NCBI RefSeq assembly: GCF_009914755.1
Contig: NC_060930.1
Origin: the human T2T-CHM13v2.0 reference genome, Homo sapiens
Direction: 5' to 3' (one strand)
Length of the DNA stretch: 64,000 nt
Both the position numbers and the translations under genes were made by a program. Positions within the stretch are counted from its first letter, which is position 1; every line of letters begins with the position of its first letter. The notes beneath the pieces are model-generated. The model searched no databases, had not been told where the DNA came from, and saw nothing but the letters and a program-made list of their open reading frames with translations. This document shows positions 1 to 17,359 of this stretch, piece by piece.

Positions 1-123
1 GCGGCTCATGCCTGTAATCGCAGCACTTTGGGAGGCCAAGGCCGGAGGATCACTTGAGGCCAGGAGTTAGAGACCAGCCTGGACATCATACTGAGACCCC
101 TGTCTCTGCCAGAAAAAAAAAAA
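1..123 (+). mobile_element. Alu left monomer (FLAM/AluJ-like), clipped by the window edge
   Basis: ggctcatgcctgtaatc...cagcactttgggagg...gagaccagcctgg followed by an A tract. Confidence 0.85.
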
Positions 124-278
124 TCACAACCACTATTTGACATTAATTGCTTACCTACATAATTAGTCAAGAAAGGAAATAAATATAAGTATTGGAAAAA
201 GAGGGGTTTAAACTATACTTCTTTTCAAATTATGTGATTAGCTCTCTGGAAAACCCAAGAGAATCAACTGAAAGTCCA

Positions 279-1800
<1,522 letters not shown>

Positions 1801-1879
1801 CAAAGAATAAGAATGGTTCTCGTTCTAAGTATGAGTGAGTTTTCCTTCTATCTGCTTTTTCTGGTTTTCTGTGCTCACT

Positions 1880-2700
1880 TGAGAGACACAGTAAAGAAGA
1901 GCACATTTATTTGAATCCCAATCACTTGCTGGCTGTTGACTCTTAAATAATCCCTCTGAGTTTCTTCAACCACTAGAATTGGCCATAAGAACATCTACCG
2001 TGCAAACTTGTCATGAGGATTAAATAGGATAATACATGCAATGCAGTTAGCATAGCTCCAGCCTGTAGTAAATGCATCACGAATGGCTATTATTACTTTT
2101 GTCATCAGAAAAACATAATTAGGAAAAGGATATTTGGAATGGATGCACTGATGGCCACAGAGTGCACTGCCATAGCTTCTGGGACTCTGAACAGTGGTGA
2201 CTGAATCTAGCTAAAATTGCTGAAGCTAATCCCAGATTTTGGATTTAGATTTTTGAAAGTGAGGAAGATCCCATGTTGTACATAGGAAATGTTGCATTAA
2301 GGACATTCCATTAAGAGGAAAGGTTTAGATTAAGCTACTTTCATGTGTTCTAATATGATTAGTTACAAGACTACCAACTAGAGATAGAAAGTCTGCAAAA
2401 ACCAATCAATGAACATCAAAAGTAGTCATGAAATGAGAACTCTCATTTTTCCTGGAGAAAAACAGAAAAAAAAAAACAAAACGCTTTTTGTCTATTCTGC
2501 AATGTGATCAACAGTCAGTGAGACACAGGAAGAGGCAGAATGGTCAGGAGAAAGACCACCAGGACTTTGGAAATGAGGGATCAAGTCTCAGCTATGCTAC
2601 CCGCTGGGTGATTTCCAGGGAGCCATTCAACCTCCATGAACCTCAGTTCTCTCAACTATAAAATTAGAGAAGGGTGTTAAGTGATCACAAAGGCTTCTTC
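1880..2700 (+). mobile_element. Two MIR remnants (~1880-2095 and ~2530-2700)
   Basis: MIR core motifs gaggattaaataggataatacatg and gaacctcagttctctcaactataaaat. Confidence 0.6.
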
Positions 2701-3127
2701 TAGTTTCATCGCATTAAATTAATCTTTCCCAAATAGAAAGATTTAGTCACAATCAGGACTGCCATATAAGTCTAAAACAACAAACTCCACAAGAGTCAGG
2801 TGGATTCTTCCTGTTGTTTTAATGACTGGTGTAGATAAAGGTGTAAATCCTGATCAAACAGTCTGCCCAGTAAGGTAGACCCATTGGAGAAAGAAATCCA
2901 AATTTAGAGGCTCATTCTGATTCATTCCTTAGAGGTCTAGAATTGAAAGTTTTTTTCTCTGCTTTTGAATTGGTTTATGTACATCCATTCTTCAACCATT
3001 TGTTAAGAGTCTATAATGTGTAAAGTGCCAAGAATGCCAAGATGAGCTAAACAAAGTCCTTGCTTTCAAGTAGCCCGGCTTAATTTTTACCTAAACTTAA
3101 AACACACATTTTAAAAAGATGTTTCAC

Positions 3128-3272
3128 CTTGTTTTCTAGCTTGCAGTTCCCTGAGAAGCTTTTCTTTCACAACTTTAATTGCTGCTGCAGTGGCCTCAGC
3201 TATGGTATTTTCTACTAATGTTTCACGGGCTTTATCAAAACGTGGCTGAACAAGTTGGGCATAGTCGACTAC
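3128..3272 (-). CDS. AK9: AK9 exon 13
   Basis: tttgcag|GTA...CAAG|gtgaaa; 145 nt; VVDYAQLVQPRFDKARETLVENTIAEATAAAIKVVKEKLLRELQARKQ; within ORF 3111..3332. Confidence 0.95.
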
Positions 3273-3569
3273 CTGCAAAGAATATTTGAGAAAATCGACA
3301 TAAGCAGGAGTTATTGTGACTATTAAACACATTGTTCATCTATCTATGTATATCTATCTATATTTCTATCTCTATTCCAAAAATATTAATACTGCTTGAG
3401 GTATATTTGGAGTTATGTTCAGAATTCACCTATTTTTGAGTACTTGCTTTAATAGAAATTCAGCCATATTTTTCATGTAGGATATATGTCTATATATGTA
3501 TTTATCATGTAGTATATATATTCAGATTATGTATATATTTTGACTTAACAGAAGTTAAAACATATATAT

Positions 3570-4550
3570 ATTTTAAATCCATGTTATATGTATAACTTAC
3601 ATACAATAAAAGGCATACATCTTAAGTACACAGTTTGATGAGTTTTCACAAATATACATATATATATATTAACCACAATCAAGATATAGAACATTTGCCG
3701 GGTGTGGTGGCTAACATTTGTAATCCCAGTACTTTGGGAGGCTGAGACAGGAGGATCCCTTGAGGTCAGGAGTTCAAGAGCAGCCTGAACTTTTACATCA
3801 CTCCCTAAATTCCCTTATGCTCCTTTGTTGTCAATCCTTTCCTGCCTTACTCCTTCCCCAGCTTTCATTCCTGGCCCCTGGCAACTACTTTCTTTCTGTA
3901 GCTATAAATTAGTTTAGTGTTACCTTTTCTAGAATTTCATATAAATGAAAGCATACAGTATGTGATCTTTTTCAGGTTTTCCCTCCTTAGCAGAATGTTT
4001 TGGAGATTCATCAGTGTTATTGTGGGTATCCTTTTTATTGTTGAATGGATTTCATTGTATGAATATACTACAGTTTTTTATTCATTTATCTATTGATAGA
4101 CATTTGGGTTGTGTTCTAGGTTTTGGTTATTATGAATAAAGCCGTGATGAACACTTGTACAGAAGTCTTTTTGTGGTTATGTGTTTCCACTTCTCTTGGG
4201 TAAATACCTAGGAGTGAAATTCCTGGGTCATATGGTAAGTGTGTAGATAACTTTATAATAAACCATCAAACTGTTTCCAAAACAACTGAACTATTTTACA
4301 TCTCTACCAGAAAGATATGAAAGTTAGTTTCCTCGCATCCTCACCAACACTTGGTTTTGTGAAGTTTTTAAATTTTCTAGTGGGTGTGAAGAAGTATCTC
4401 ATTGTAGATTAAATTTACAGTTCCTGAATCATGAATACTTTTGAACTTCTTTATATATGCTTATTCACTTATTTTTTTCTCTTTAAGCATATGTTCAGCT
4501 TTTGCCTAAAATTGTGTTAGAATAATTTCTATGTTCTGGATATAACTTGT
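3570..4550 (-). mobile_element. L1MB/L1MC-like 3' fragment with a partial Alu (3697-3790)
   Basis: Reverse L1M 3' motifs: cttgggtaaatacctaggagtgaaattcctgggtcatatgg and tattgatagacatttggg. Confidence 0.75.
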
Positions 4551-4769
4551 CAGGTAGATAATAGATTTAATACAGAATATTGGGATCTTAAAAATAGGAT
4601 TCTATGTGTCTTTAATTAATATTTACAGATCCCTATATTCCCATTCTGCTTTTCTTTTGGTAGGCTTACACTGTTTTATTCCATGCCAATAAATCTTCAT
4701 CCACATCTTCAGTTTTTAGTACATGCATAGTATTGCATCAGATGAATATGTTACAACTTACTTAACTAA

Positions 4770-4928
4770 AATATGAATACATATGTATGGTATACTATAT
4801 ACACATAATAGTATACACATATACACCATATACTATATATACTATTCATACATATACATATACACCATATACTATATATACTATTCATATATATACATAT
4901 ACAAACATATACATATATATGTATATAC
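4770..4928. repeat. TA-rich low-complexity repeat containing a ~36-bp tandem unit
   Basis: acatatacaccatatactatatatactattcat occurs twice. Confidence 0.85.
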
Positions 4929-5053
4929 TTGCTGATAAGAGCATAACCATTAGGCATAGGAATTGGAAATACATATGCAAGCCTAAATTCCATGCATATC
5001 CTTTGAACTGTCAATTCTGTTTTATGGATTTTTCTTAAAAAACTGTCAAAGAT

Positions 5054-6003
5054 CTACAATGAACTCAAACAAATTTACAAGAAAAAAACAAACAACCCCA
5101 TCAAAAAGTGGGTGAAGGACATGAACAGACACTTCTCAAAAGAAGACATTTATGCAGCCAAAAAACACATGAAAAAATGCTCATCATCACTGGCCATCAG
5201 AGAAATGCAAATCAAAACCACTATGAGATATCATCTCACACCAGTTAGAATGGCAATCATTAAAAAGTCAGGAAACAACAGGTGCTGGAGAGGATGTGGA
5301 GAAATAGGAACACTTTTACACTGTTGGTGGGACTGTAAACTAGTTCAACCATTGTGGAAGTCAGTGTGGCGATTCCTCAGGGATCTAGAACTAGAAATAC
5401 CATTTGACCCAGCCATCCCATTACTGGGTATATACCCAAATGACTATAAATCATGCTGCTATAAAGACACATGCACACGTATGTTTATTGCGGCATTATT
5501 CACAATAGCAAAGACTTGGAACCAACCCAAATGTCCAACAATGATAGACTGGATTAAGAAAATGTGGCACATATACACCATGGAATACTATGCAGCCATA
5601 AAAAATGATGAGTTCATGTCCTTTGTAGGGACATGGATGAAATTGGAAACCATCATTCTCAGTAAACTATTGCAAGAACAAAAAACCAAACACCGCATAT
5701 TCTCACTCATAGGTGGGAATTGAACAATGAGATCACATGGACACAGGAAGGGGAATATCACACTCTGGGGACTGTGGTGGGGAGGGGGGATGGGGGAGGG
5801 ATAGCATTGGGAGATATACCTAATGCTAGATGATGAGTTAGTGGGTGCAGCGCACCAGCATGGCACATGTATACATATGTAACTAACCTGCACAATGTGC
5901 ACATGTACCCTAAAACTTAAAGTATAATTAAAAAAAAAAAAAAAAAAACAAAAAAAAAACAGAAAGAGAAATTCCAGAGCAAAAAAAACAAAAAAAAAAA
6001 CAA
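5054..6003 (+). mobile_element. 5'-truncated young L1 (L1PA2-like) with 17-bp TSD
   Basis: Intact ORF2 C-terminus (5112..5723) and 3'UTR. It has GAG rather than the Ta ACA, and cttaAagtat. TSD aaaaaactgtcaaagat at 5037-5053 and 6004-6020. Confidence 0.93.
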
Positions 6004-6091
6004 AAAAAACTGTCAAAGATATGTTCATAATTTTGTTCATCATAGCCTAGTTTATAGTTGCAAAAATGTATATATCAAAATATAGATAATA

Positions 6092-6763
6092 CATGTGTAT
6101 TATATATTATCTATATATGTGTATTATATATTGTATATATTTTATACATTATATATAATACACATATTGTATATATTTTATACATTATATAATATACATT
6201 TTTATATATTTTATACATTATATATAATATACATATTGTATATATTTTAGACATTATATATAATATACATATTATATTATATATTATGTACATATACATT
6301 CCTATAAGAAAAAGAATCAGGAGTCTCCATATGTATACATACACATACATGTACATATATGTATATGTATATACTATAGTCATATATATAGTATATATAG
6401 CATACTATATCGTATAGTATACTATGTATATAATAATATGTAATATATATTTGTATAATAGTATACTATAGTATATTATACATCAATGTATAATATAATA
6501 TTAATATAATATATATTAATATAGTGTTAATATTATATTACTATTATAAATCAGGATAATACAATAATATATTAATATTAAATTGCATATTATATTGTAT
6601 ATTAATATAATATATGCATAGTATGCTATATATGTATATATGTGTATTATAGACATAAAATATATGTATATAATATATAATGTGTATTATAGACATAATG
6701 TATACATATATGATATATGATAATATGTATAAAATGTAGATAATATATAACACACATATTATA
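6092..6763. repeat. Extremely AT-rich degenerate minisatellite/low-complexity block
   Basis: Repeated cattgtatatattttatacattatatataata-like units plus (TA)n tracts. Confidence 0.9.
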
Positions 6764-7239
6764 TATTATCTATATTTTGGTATATACATTTTTGGTACAT
6801 AAACTAGGCTATGATGAACACAATTATCTACATATCTTTGATAGTTTCTTTAGAAAAATCCATAAAACAGAATTGGCAGTTCAAAGGATATGCATGGACT
6901 TTAGGTTTGCATATGTATTTCCAATTTCTATGCCTAATGGTTATACTCTTACTAGCAGTCTATGAGAATGTACTTCTCCCATCCTAGGTACACATCGAAA
7001 TTAGGTGTTTTTAGTAATCTTTTAACTGTTACAATGAGATTGATATGACAAGTCTCTGTTTTTTGGCATCTCTCTATCAGGGAGGTGGTATCCTTTTGCT
7101 AATGTTTAATGGCTATTTGTATCTATTATTCTGTGAATTGCCTGTTTGATTTTTTTTTCCTATTGAAGCTTTATCTGCATATTGATTTGTCTTTTTATAT
7201 TTTAAAATGATAATTCCTTTATCTGACACATATTATGAT

Positions 7240-7735
7240 GTGATGGGTTTAAAATAAGTCCACAAATCTTTTGACACACCTCCCTTCAGAAGGTGGAGCC
7301 TAATTCTCCTCTTTAGTGTAACTAGAACTTAGTAGTGACTTGCTTTAAATAGAGTACGATGCAAGTGATAGTGGATGACTTTTAAGACTAAGTCATGAAA
7401 AACATTATAGCTTCCTCCTTGATTAATTCTTTCTGAGGGTAGTCAGCTGCCAGGTCATGAGGACACATAAGCAGTCCTATGAAGAGATCTACATAGAAAG
7501 GAACTGAGGTCTCATTCATGTGATCGAGCCATCTTCCAGCCCCAGCCTAGTGTCAGATGAGTGCAGCCCCAGATGACATCTTACCTGTAACCTCATGAAA
7601 GCATTTAGGACAGAACCATGTAGCTAAGCCACTCCTGAATTCCTGACTCAGAGAGACTATGCAAGATCATAAACGCTTATTGTTGTTTCAAGCTGTTAGG
7701 GTAATTTTTTATGCAGTAATAAATGAGAAACACAC
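7240..7735 (+). mobile_element. MLT1-family (MaLR) solo LTR
   Basis: tgtgatgg...gacacacctcccttcagaaggtggagcc ... cctgaattcctgactcagagagactatgcaagat...gttgtttcaagc...atgcagtaataaat. Confidence 0.75.
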
Positions 7736-7897
7736 ACATGGCAAATATATACTCAGTATTTTCCTCTGTATGCTGTCAAAAGTTTTACTTTCCTTTTAAT
7801 TTTTTTCCTTTTTCCTTCTAATTTACACTTTAAATAATCTGAAATTACCTGGATAAAACTTTTTCTTCCCCAAATGATGAACTAGTTAGGAATCTTA

Positions 7898-7898
<1 letters not shown>

Positions 7899-7941
<43 letters not shown>
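7899..7941. repeat. (CA)n microsatellite, about 21 units
   Basis: Perfect CA run. Confidence 0.97.
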
Positions 7942-7942
<1 letters not shown>

Positions 7943-9464
7943 TTCTTCTCCCACATCCCTCCGTAAGCCCCCAAGAATTAGATAATACATTTTAAAAAAA
8001 TAATATGCATTATTCATGTTATTATGCTTATGGAACAATTACTCACAATTACGTAGAACATGTTCATATTTCTGTTCCTGCAGGTTTTTTTTTTGTGGGG
8101 GTTGCTTAGTTTTCTATATACCTATCAATAATGAATTCCCAAACTCTTCTTCACAAGTATAAATTTCTGCTTGAAAATACATCAGGTAATCATCTCCCTG
8201 GAGCTATCTCTTCTGGACCCCTCTGTTCTCCTACCCCAAACTGGATTGGTTATTTTCTAGGCTTCCAGGCCTGCAGAACAACTGACATCATGGGCTCTCC
8301 TTCCCCCACCATCTTGGGATTTCCTAACCCTCTTCCTTGTCAGGGATGCATAGATGCCCTTTTGCTTCTGGATCCCATGTCACCATCTTGGTTTAGGCCC
8401 CCATTTTGATGCACTACATCCTCTAGTAGCTTCTGACAAAGAATACATGAGAGGCAATTTTTTGTGTGTGTGACTGAAAATGCCCTCATTCTATTATTAG
8501 ACTTCGTTTGCCTGAATATAAAATTCTAGGCTATCAGCCACTCCCCCCAAAAATTGTCTTCTGGCTTCCAGAGTTGTGGTTTGAGAAGTTCCATGTTATT
8601 GGAATTCCCAGTCCTTTCCATGGGACCTAGTTTTCCTCTCCAGAGTCTTCTAGGCTCATTTTACAGAAGCTTCTGGATCTTTGCCCCCATTGTCTTATAA
8701 TTTCAAAGTGATGTCCCTTCGTGTAGGTCTTTCTCCATCCATTTTACTGGGAATTTACTGTGTCATTTCTATCTGGAAGCATGTCCTTCAATCTGGGAAA
8801 TTTTCTGCAGTTATCTCTTTGGTAATATTCTTTTCTCTGGTAGCTCCTACAAGAATTCCTATATGGAAAATGAACACCCTAGACTGACTTTATAGTTTCT
8901 TTTCTTTTCTATTCTTTTTTCCATTTGTCAGTTTATACTAATACCTAAAAGGTAACTTTAATTTCTATCTTTTAACTCTTCTATTGAATTTTTCATTTGT
9001 GTTATATTTTCTTTTTTAATGTTCTTTCATCTTGCATATATTTTAATTTCAAAGGACTCTTTTTGTTTTCCAAATGTTCCCTTTTCTGTTTCTAATATCC
9101 TGATCTAGTTTCTGGATTCAATAATTACTCTTATTTTCCAGAGCATGTTAATAATTGGAAGCTTCATTTGCGTGAGTATTGTTTGTTTAGTGTTTAGGTG
9201 ATCTGGCTTGGCAATTATATTATGAAACTCGTAGTCATCAGAAGGCCAGAAGTGTCTTTTATCCGAAAATGTCTTTGTGTTAACTCATTTTTCAAGGACA
9301 TTTTCACTTGCTATATACTTCTAGGATGGCTTTTCTTCTTGTAGTTGTTTAAAGCTCTTGTTTCATTGTTTTCTGATTGCCATTGCTTCTGATGACAAGT
9401 TGGCTGTCATTTGTATCAATGTTTTATTCTATTTAACATATCAATTTTTCTGTGACTGCTTTAG

Positions 9465-9788
9465 GGGAGGGGTCTCCCACCCTCAGGCCATGGACCGGTA
9501 GGAACTGAGGGGCACTGCAGGAGGTGAGCGGTCGATGAGCGTTACTGCCTGAGCTCTGCTTCTTGTCAGAGCAGTGGCAGCATTAGATTCTCATAGGAGC
9601 ACGAACCCTATTGTGAACTGCACATGCGAGGGATCTGGTTTGTGTGCTCCTTATGAGAATCTAATGCCTGAGGATCTGAAGTGGAACAGTTTCATCCTGA
9701 AACCATCCTCCACCCCCACAACCCAGTCTGTGGAAAAACTGTCTTCCATAAAACCAGTCCATGGTGCCAAAAAGGTTGGGGACTGCTG
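9465..9788 (+). mobile_element. MER1B-like hAT-Charlie DNA transposon
   Basis: gcattagattctcataggagcacgaaccctattgtgaactgc...ggtgccaaaaaggttggggactgctg. Confidence 0.85.
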
Positions 9789-10521
9789 CTTTTGGGGTTT
9801 TCACCATTAAATATGATGTGTGTAGGTGTGGTTTTCCTTGTATTTATCCTGTTTGGGGCTTGCTGAGCTTCTTGGACCTGTAAGTCAATCTATAATTTTT
9901 TGGTTTTTGCTTGGTTTCTTAATTTCAGTAATGTTGACAATATCTTCAAGTATTTTTTTTTTCTGTCCTATTTCCATTATAATCTTCTTCTGGGACTCCA
10001 CTTACTCACATTAGACCATCTGATTTTCCCACAGGTCCCTGAAGCTCTGTTCATTTCTTTCAATATTTTTTTCTCCCTCTGTTTTTCAGACTGGAAATGT
10101 TTTATTGATCTGTCTTCAAGTTCTTCCACAAATTCCAATCTGCAGTCAAGCTAATTCAGTAAAACGTTCAGTTTGGTTTTTATATTTTTAGTGCAGGATT
10201 TCCATTTGGTTCTGTTTTAAGTAGTTTTTTCATTTATCTTAAGAGATTCTCTATTCTCTTATAAAGACCTTAAGCATTATTTATAATAGCCACTTTAAAG
10301 ATTTTATCTGCTAAATCCAACATTTGGTCCATTTCAGGGCCAGTTTCTATTGTCTCCTTTTTTCTTGATATGGGTAACGTTTTCCTGTTTCTTTGCATGT
10401 CTTGTAACGTTTCATTACATGTTGGACATTGTGGATGATACATTATTAGGGACTTTGAATTCTGTTATCTTCCTCTGAAGACTGTCAGTGTTGACTTTTG
10501 TTCTATCAGGCAGTTCAGTTA

Positions 10522-11669
10522 CAGTCATGTGTTGCTTAACAATGGGGATACATTCTGAGAAATGTGTCATAAGGTGATTTTGTTGTTGTGCAAACAGCAT
10601 AGAGTGTACTTACACAAACTTAGAGGGTACAGCTTACTAAACACCTAGGGTATATGGTATAGCCTATTGCTCCTAGGCTACAAACCTGTACAGCTTGTTG
10701 CTGTACTGAATTTTGCAAGCAACTGTAACACAATGTTAAGGATTTGTATGTCTAAACATATCTAAATATAGAAAAGGTTCTGTGCAAATATGGCATAAAC
10801 ATTTTTTAAATGCTACAGCTGTATAGGGAACTTACCATGAATGAAACTTGCAAGTCTAGAAGTTGATCTGGGTGAGACAGTGTGTGGTGAGTGAATAAGA
10901 AGGTCTAGGACATTACTGTATACTACTATAGACTTTATAAACAATGTACACTTAGGCTACACTAAATTTATTTAAAATTTGTTTCTTTGTTCAATAATAA
11001 ATTAACCTTGTCTTATTATAGCTTTTTTACTTTATAAACTTCTAAAATTTCTAAACTTTTTGACTCTTTTATAACAATTCTTACCTTAAAACACAAACTC
11101 ATTGTACAGATGTACAAAATAGGTTCTTTGTATCTTTATAAGCTTTTTTCTATTTTTCGATGTTTAAGCTTTTTTTTTTTTTTTTTTTTTTTTTAGCCTA
11201 GCCCTACATGGGGTCAGGATTATCAATATCACTGTCTTCCTCCTCTATATCTTGTCCCACTGGAAGGTCTTCAGGGACAAGAACATGCATGGAGCTGTCA
11301 TCTCTTACGACAACAATGCCTTCTGGAATATCTCCTGAAGAACCTGCCTGAGGCTGTTTTACAGTTAACGTTTTCTACAAGTAGAAGGAGTACATTCTAA
11401 AATAATGATTAAAAGTACAGTATTGTAAATACTAAGCCATTAACATCATTGTTTTTTATTGTCATCAAGTATGACATAACTGTACATGATTGTATGTGCT
11501 ATGCTTTTATACATCTGGCAGCACAGTAGGTTTGTTTATAGCAGCATCACAAACACATAAGTAACTTGTGCTATGATGCTACAATGGCTATGACTTCACT
11601 AGGCGATGAGAAATTTTCAGCTCCATTATAATCTTATGGGACCACTGTTGCATATGCAGCACATAACTG
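10522..11669 (+). mobile_element. Tigger3-family (Tigger3b-like) TcMar DNA transposon
   Basis: TA flanks; imperfect TIRs cagtcatgtgttgc / gcagcacataactg; internal ggtatagcctattgctcctaggctacaaacctgtacagc. Confidence 0.85.
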
Positions 11670-11692
11670 TATTGGTTTACCACACTGAACTT

Positions 11693-11980
11693 CTGTTTTT
11701 TGTTTTTTTGAGACAGAGTCTCTCCTTGTCACCCAGGCTGGAATGCAGTGGTGTAATCTCTGGTCACTGCAACCTCCACCTCCTGGGTTCAAACAATTCT
11801 GCCTCAGTCTCCCGAATAGCTGGGATTACACATGTGCACCACCACACCTGGCTAATTTTCGTATTTGTAGAGACAGGGTTTTACCATGTTGGCCAAACTG
11901 GTCTCAAACTCTTGGCTTCAAGTTAACTGCCCTCCTCAGCCTCCCAAAGTGCTGGGATTACAGGCCACTGCAACCGGCCT
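11693..11980 (-). mobile_element. Alu (AluS/J)
   Basis: Full reverse Alu dimer with flanking gaacttct repeat. Confidence 0.9.
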
Positions 11981-13109
11981 GAACTTCTATTTTATGCTTT
12001 ATTAAATCCAAATTTGGAAAGCCCCCAAGTATTTCCCAATTTGATAGGGCTCAATCTCCAAATTCATTCCCCCAGATTTTATTGAGGAGTGGTTGTAGGC
12101 TTGGTAAGGGAGGGTGTAGAGTAGGCCTTAATCTAGGTTGTGGTCCTTACACCCAAGGGATGGCCTTTACAGTGTGTCAGCTCAATGTTCTAGTAATAAG
12201 GCCTCTCCTTTGCAACTGGGCCAGATGTCTCAAGTCCCTGCACTGCTCAACCTCCAGTATCTGTTCTGTTCACAACCTGTAGGAGCCATCCTTTGATAAG
12301 CTTTGTGAAGTCTCCTTTGAGAAGCTCTTGGCCACACACACTTGGGCCTTGCTCCCACCCTACTCACAAGCAGCTCCCTTCTCCCTGCTGCTCTGCTTCA
12401 CAGTGCAGGCTGCTTCAGAACTGAGCTCAGTCTCCTCAGCTCCATGGAAGCACCATGCTCTGCTTGTCCTGTCAGGAAACTGTCCCTATCCATGCAGACA
12501 ATTGAGGTAACCATGGAGCTCATCTCATGAGTTTCTCTTCCCGCAGGGATCACGTTAGGAGGGTTAGTTCACTGTCATGGCTGGAATTTAAAGATTCTTA
12601 AAAAGATGGTAGCCATGTACAGTTCCATCAACAGTTTTTAAAACTTCCCATTCATACATGTTCTCTTTAGAACAAAGGTTGTCATTCTTTTGATATGGGT
12701 GAAAATTTTCATCTTACTATTATTTTATGTTACCTATTTCCTGATGAGGTTAGGCAGCTTTCATAAGTTTTTTCCACTGACAACTCAGTGGAAAACTTCT
12801 GTGGTTTTTCTCTAGCTATCTGTTGTCTATTTTCCTAGCATTGCCTATCTTTATCCTTTTGATCTGTAGGCGCTCTAAGTATACAGTGCCAGAAACATGT
12901 TTTTAGTTATACTTGTTTCAAAGATCTCCCAGGCTACTGCGTTTCATTTAAAAAAAACAAAGGCCTTGTATCAGAGAGAAATGTTTTATACTTTGATGAA
13001 ATATAATTATCAATCTTAAAAAATTATTTTGGGGTATTTTCTAATTGCTGCATAACAAAGTACCTAAAAACTTAAGGACTTAAACAAAAATTATTATTTC
13101 AGTTTCTGA

Positions 13110-13337
<228 letters not shown>

Positions 13338-13528
13338 TAATGTAACTAAAACATAAGCAAAGGCCTATTACAAGTAATAGGCAATCATGTTTGGATGCAA
13401 AATGGTTAAAACATCATTATGTGATCACCAAACAATTAATATTATTGGTGATACACATTTGTTTTCCATGCAGTAAAATGGCCTTTCTTAGGGCCAGCAA
13501 CATTTGAGACTCCGTTACTGACACATGA

Positions 13529-13959
<431 letters not shown>

Positions 13960-14229
13960 GGAGATATGTGTGGTCTATGATGTTTGCACATTAAAAACCA
14001 GGTGATGCTTTACAGGAAAACATTATGTGGGAATACATTTTAAGGGTATGTTTGAATTATAAGACCCTTGCACTATCTAAGAAGTATGAAAGTACCAATT
14101 TATATTGAAAGTAATATGTCAGGCATTATTTCTTGGGTGACTCTTTAAAGAAAATAATATATAACATACAAGATAATAGAGAGAAGTTTTAATTAGTTAA
14201 AAATGATATTACCTAGGATAGCATCAAAA

Positions 14230-16230
<2,001 letters not shown>

Positions 16231-16889
16231 GAAAATGATACTCCGGCGCTTAAAAGAATGCAACAGCACTTTGAACAACTTCTAACACCTTTCTGTGGCC
16301 TGAATTGCTCTGTCTTTAGCCATGATCTTGTGCCATTCCTTCTTGCATAGGCAATCCTCAAGCCACATTGCCCCTTCTAGAATTCCTCCACATTCCAATC
16401 CCTCATCAAATCTTTCAGCTTTGTCTTCAAATTATATCCCAAATATGCTTGTTTCATACCACTTTTACTGCTATCACTCTTGTCTAAGCTAAAAATAATT
16501 TCATTTACTGAGAGTGGAGAACAAGATTACTGAGGGAGGTGTCAAGGTGTTGGGAGGATCATCTTTGTAATACTGAAATCACCAAGAATTAGGACAGGAG
16601 TGATTATATGGGGAGAGTGAGAGTGAGCCAGGAGAAGTGAAACCCAGGGGACAGAAGATGAGTAGAACCAAGAAAGCTAATAGGTGGCAGAGTCTGAATG
16701 ACACGATATTCACATGTGGGAGCTTTTGGGAAGCAGGGAGGGACTCTGGTCTGGAAGCAGCAATAAACAACAAAAAGAATGCCTACCCTACCCCAAGCCC
16801 AGTGGAACAATTATTCAATTAAAACATGAAATTTTAAAAACTGAGTACAAATAAAATCCTACAAATTATAATCGAGTATAGATACATGA

Positions 16890-16898
16890 CAGATAGAC

Positions 16899-16939
<41 letters not shown>

Positions 16940-16950
16940 CAGATAGTTAG
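16890..16950. repeat. (GATA)n tetranucleotide STR next to the exon 12 donor
   Basis: About 10 perfect TAGA units with variant flanking units. Confidence 0.95.
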
Positions 16951-16958
16951 TTAGTCAC

Positions 16959-17139
16959 CTTTCCTTTGTAATTTTCTGCAAGCATATTGCAAAGTGTTGT
17001 TTTCCCTGAATATTGAGGTCCAAGTATGAATACTTTACATGGTGGTCCTGGCATAGGTGGAAGCAGATAGGGACGTGGGTTCAACAAAAATGGTTTTAAT
17101 GCTTCTTCTGATGAAAGACAGTAGATTTTACCTAGAAAA
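16959..17139 (-). CDS. AK9: AK9 exon 12 (YHS-like motif end, second P-loop GPQYSGKT)
   Basis: ttttaag|T...AAG|gtgact; 181 nt; (S)FLGKIYCLSSEEALKPFLLNPRPYLLPPMPGPPCKVFILGPQYSGKTTLCNMLAENYKGK; preceded by an 80-nt intron. Confidence 0.95.
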
Positions 17140-17219
17140 CTTAAAATATGCCATATTAGTAAACAACTGAAAAGATGTATGAGGAAGATTTAAAATTAAG
17201 TTCTGAAAATCTTACTTAC

Positions 17220-17359
17220 CTCACAGAATAATCTGGTAATCCTGAATAAATGTTACCATCTTTTAAATTCACAGGACATGTACGTCCCCATTTACTTCTT
17301 TGCCATCTGTATCTTGGTGCAATAAGTTTATAAGATGCAAGAGTACGAAATAGCTCATC
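17220..17359 (-). CDS. AK9: AK9 exon 11
   Basis: ttcacag|GAT...GTGAG|gtaagt; 140 nt; DELFRTLASYKLIAPRYRWQRSKWGRTCPVNLKDGNIYSGLPDYSV; start of the YHS-like CPV motif. Confidence 0.95.

Larger units (their letters stand above)
8440..12590 (-). mobile_element. Fragmented old L1M 5'/ORF1-region remnants hosting younger inserts
   Basis: T-rich reverse L1M-like blocks (gttttccttgtatttatcctgtttggggcttgctgagcttcttgga; tgctaaatccaacatttgg). Confidence 0.5.

Noticed and set aside
5112-5930. L1HS-Ta polymorphic insertion
   Set aside because: It lacks the Ta diagnostics (GAG instead of ACA, and A at the downstream 3'UTR site), so it fits L1PA2 better.
4766-6753. Tyr/Ile-rich ORFs
   Set aside because: Translations of TA-rich low-complexity DNA.
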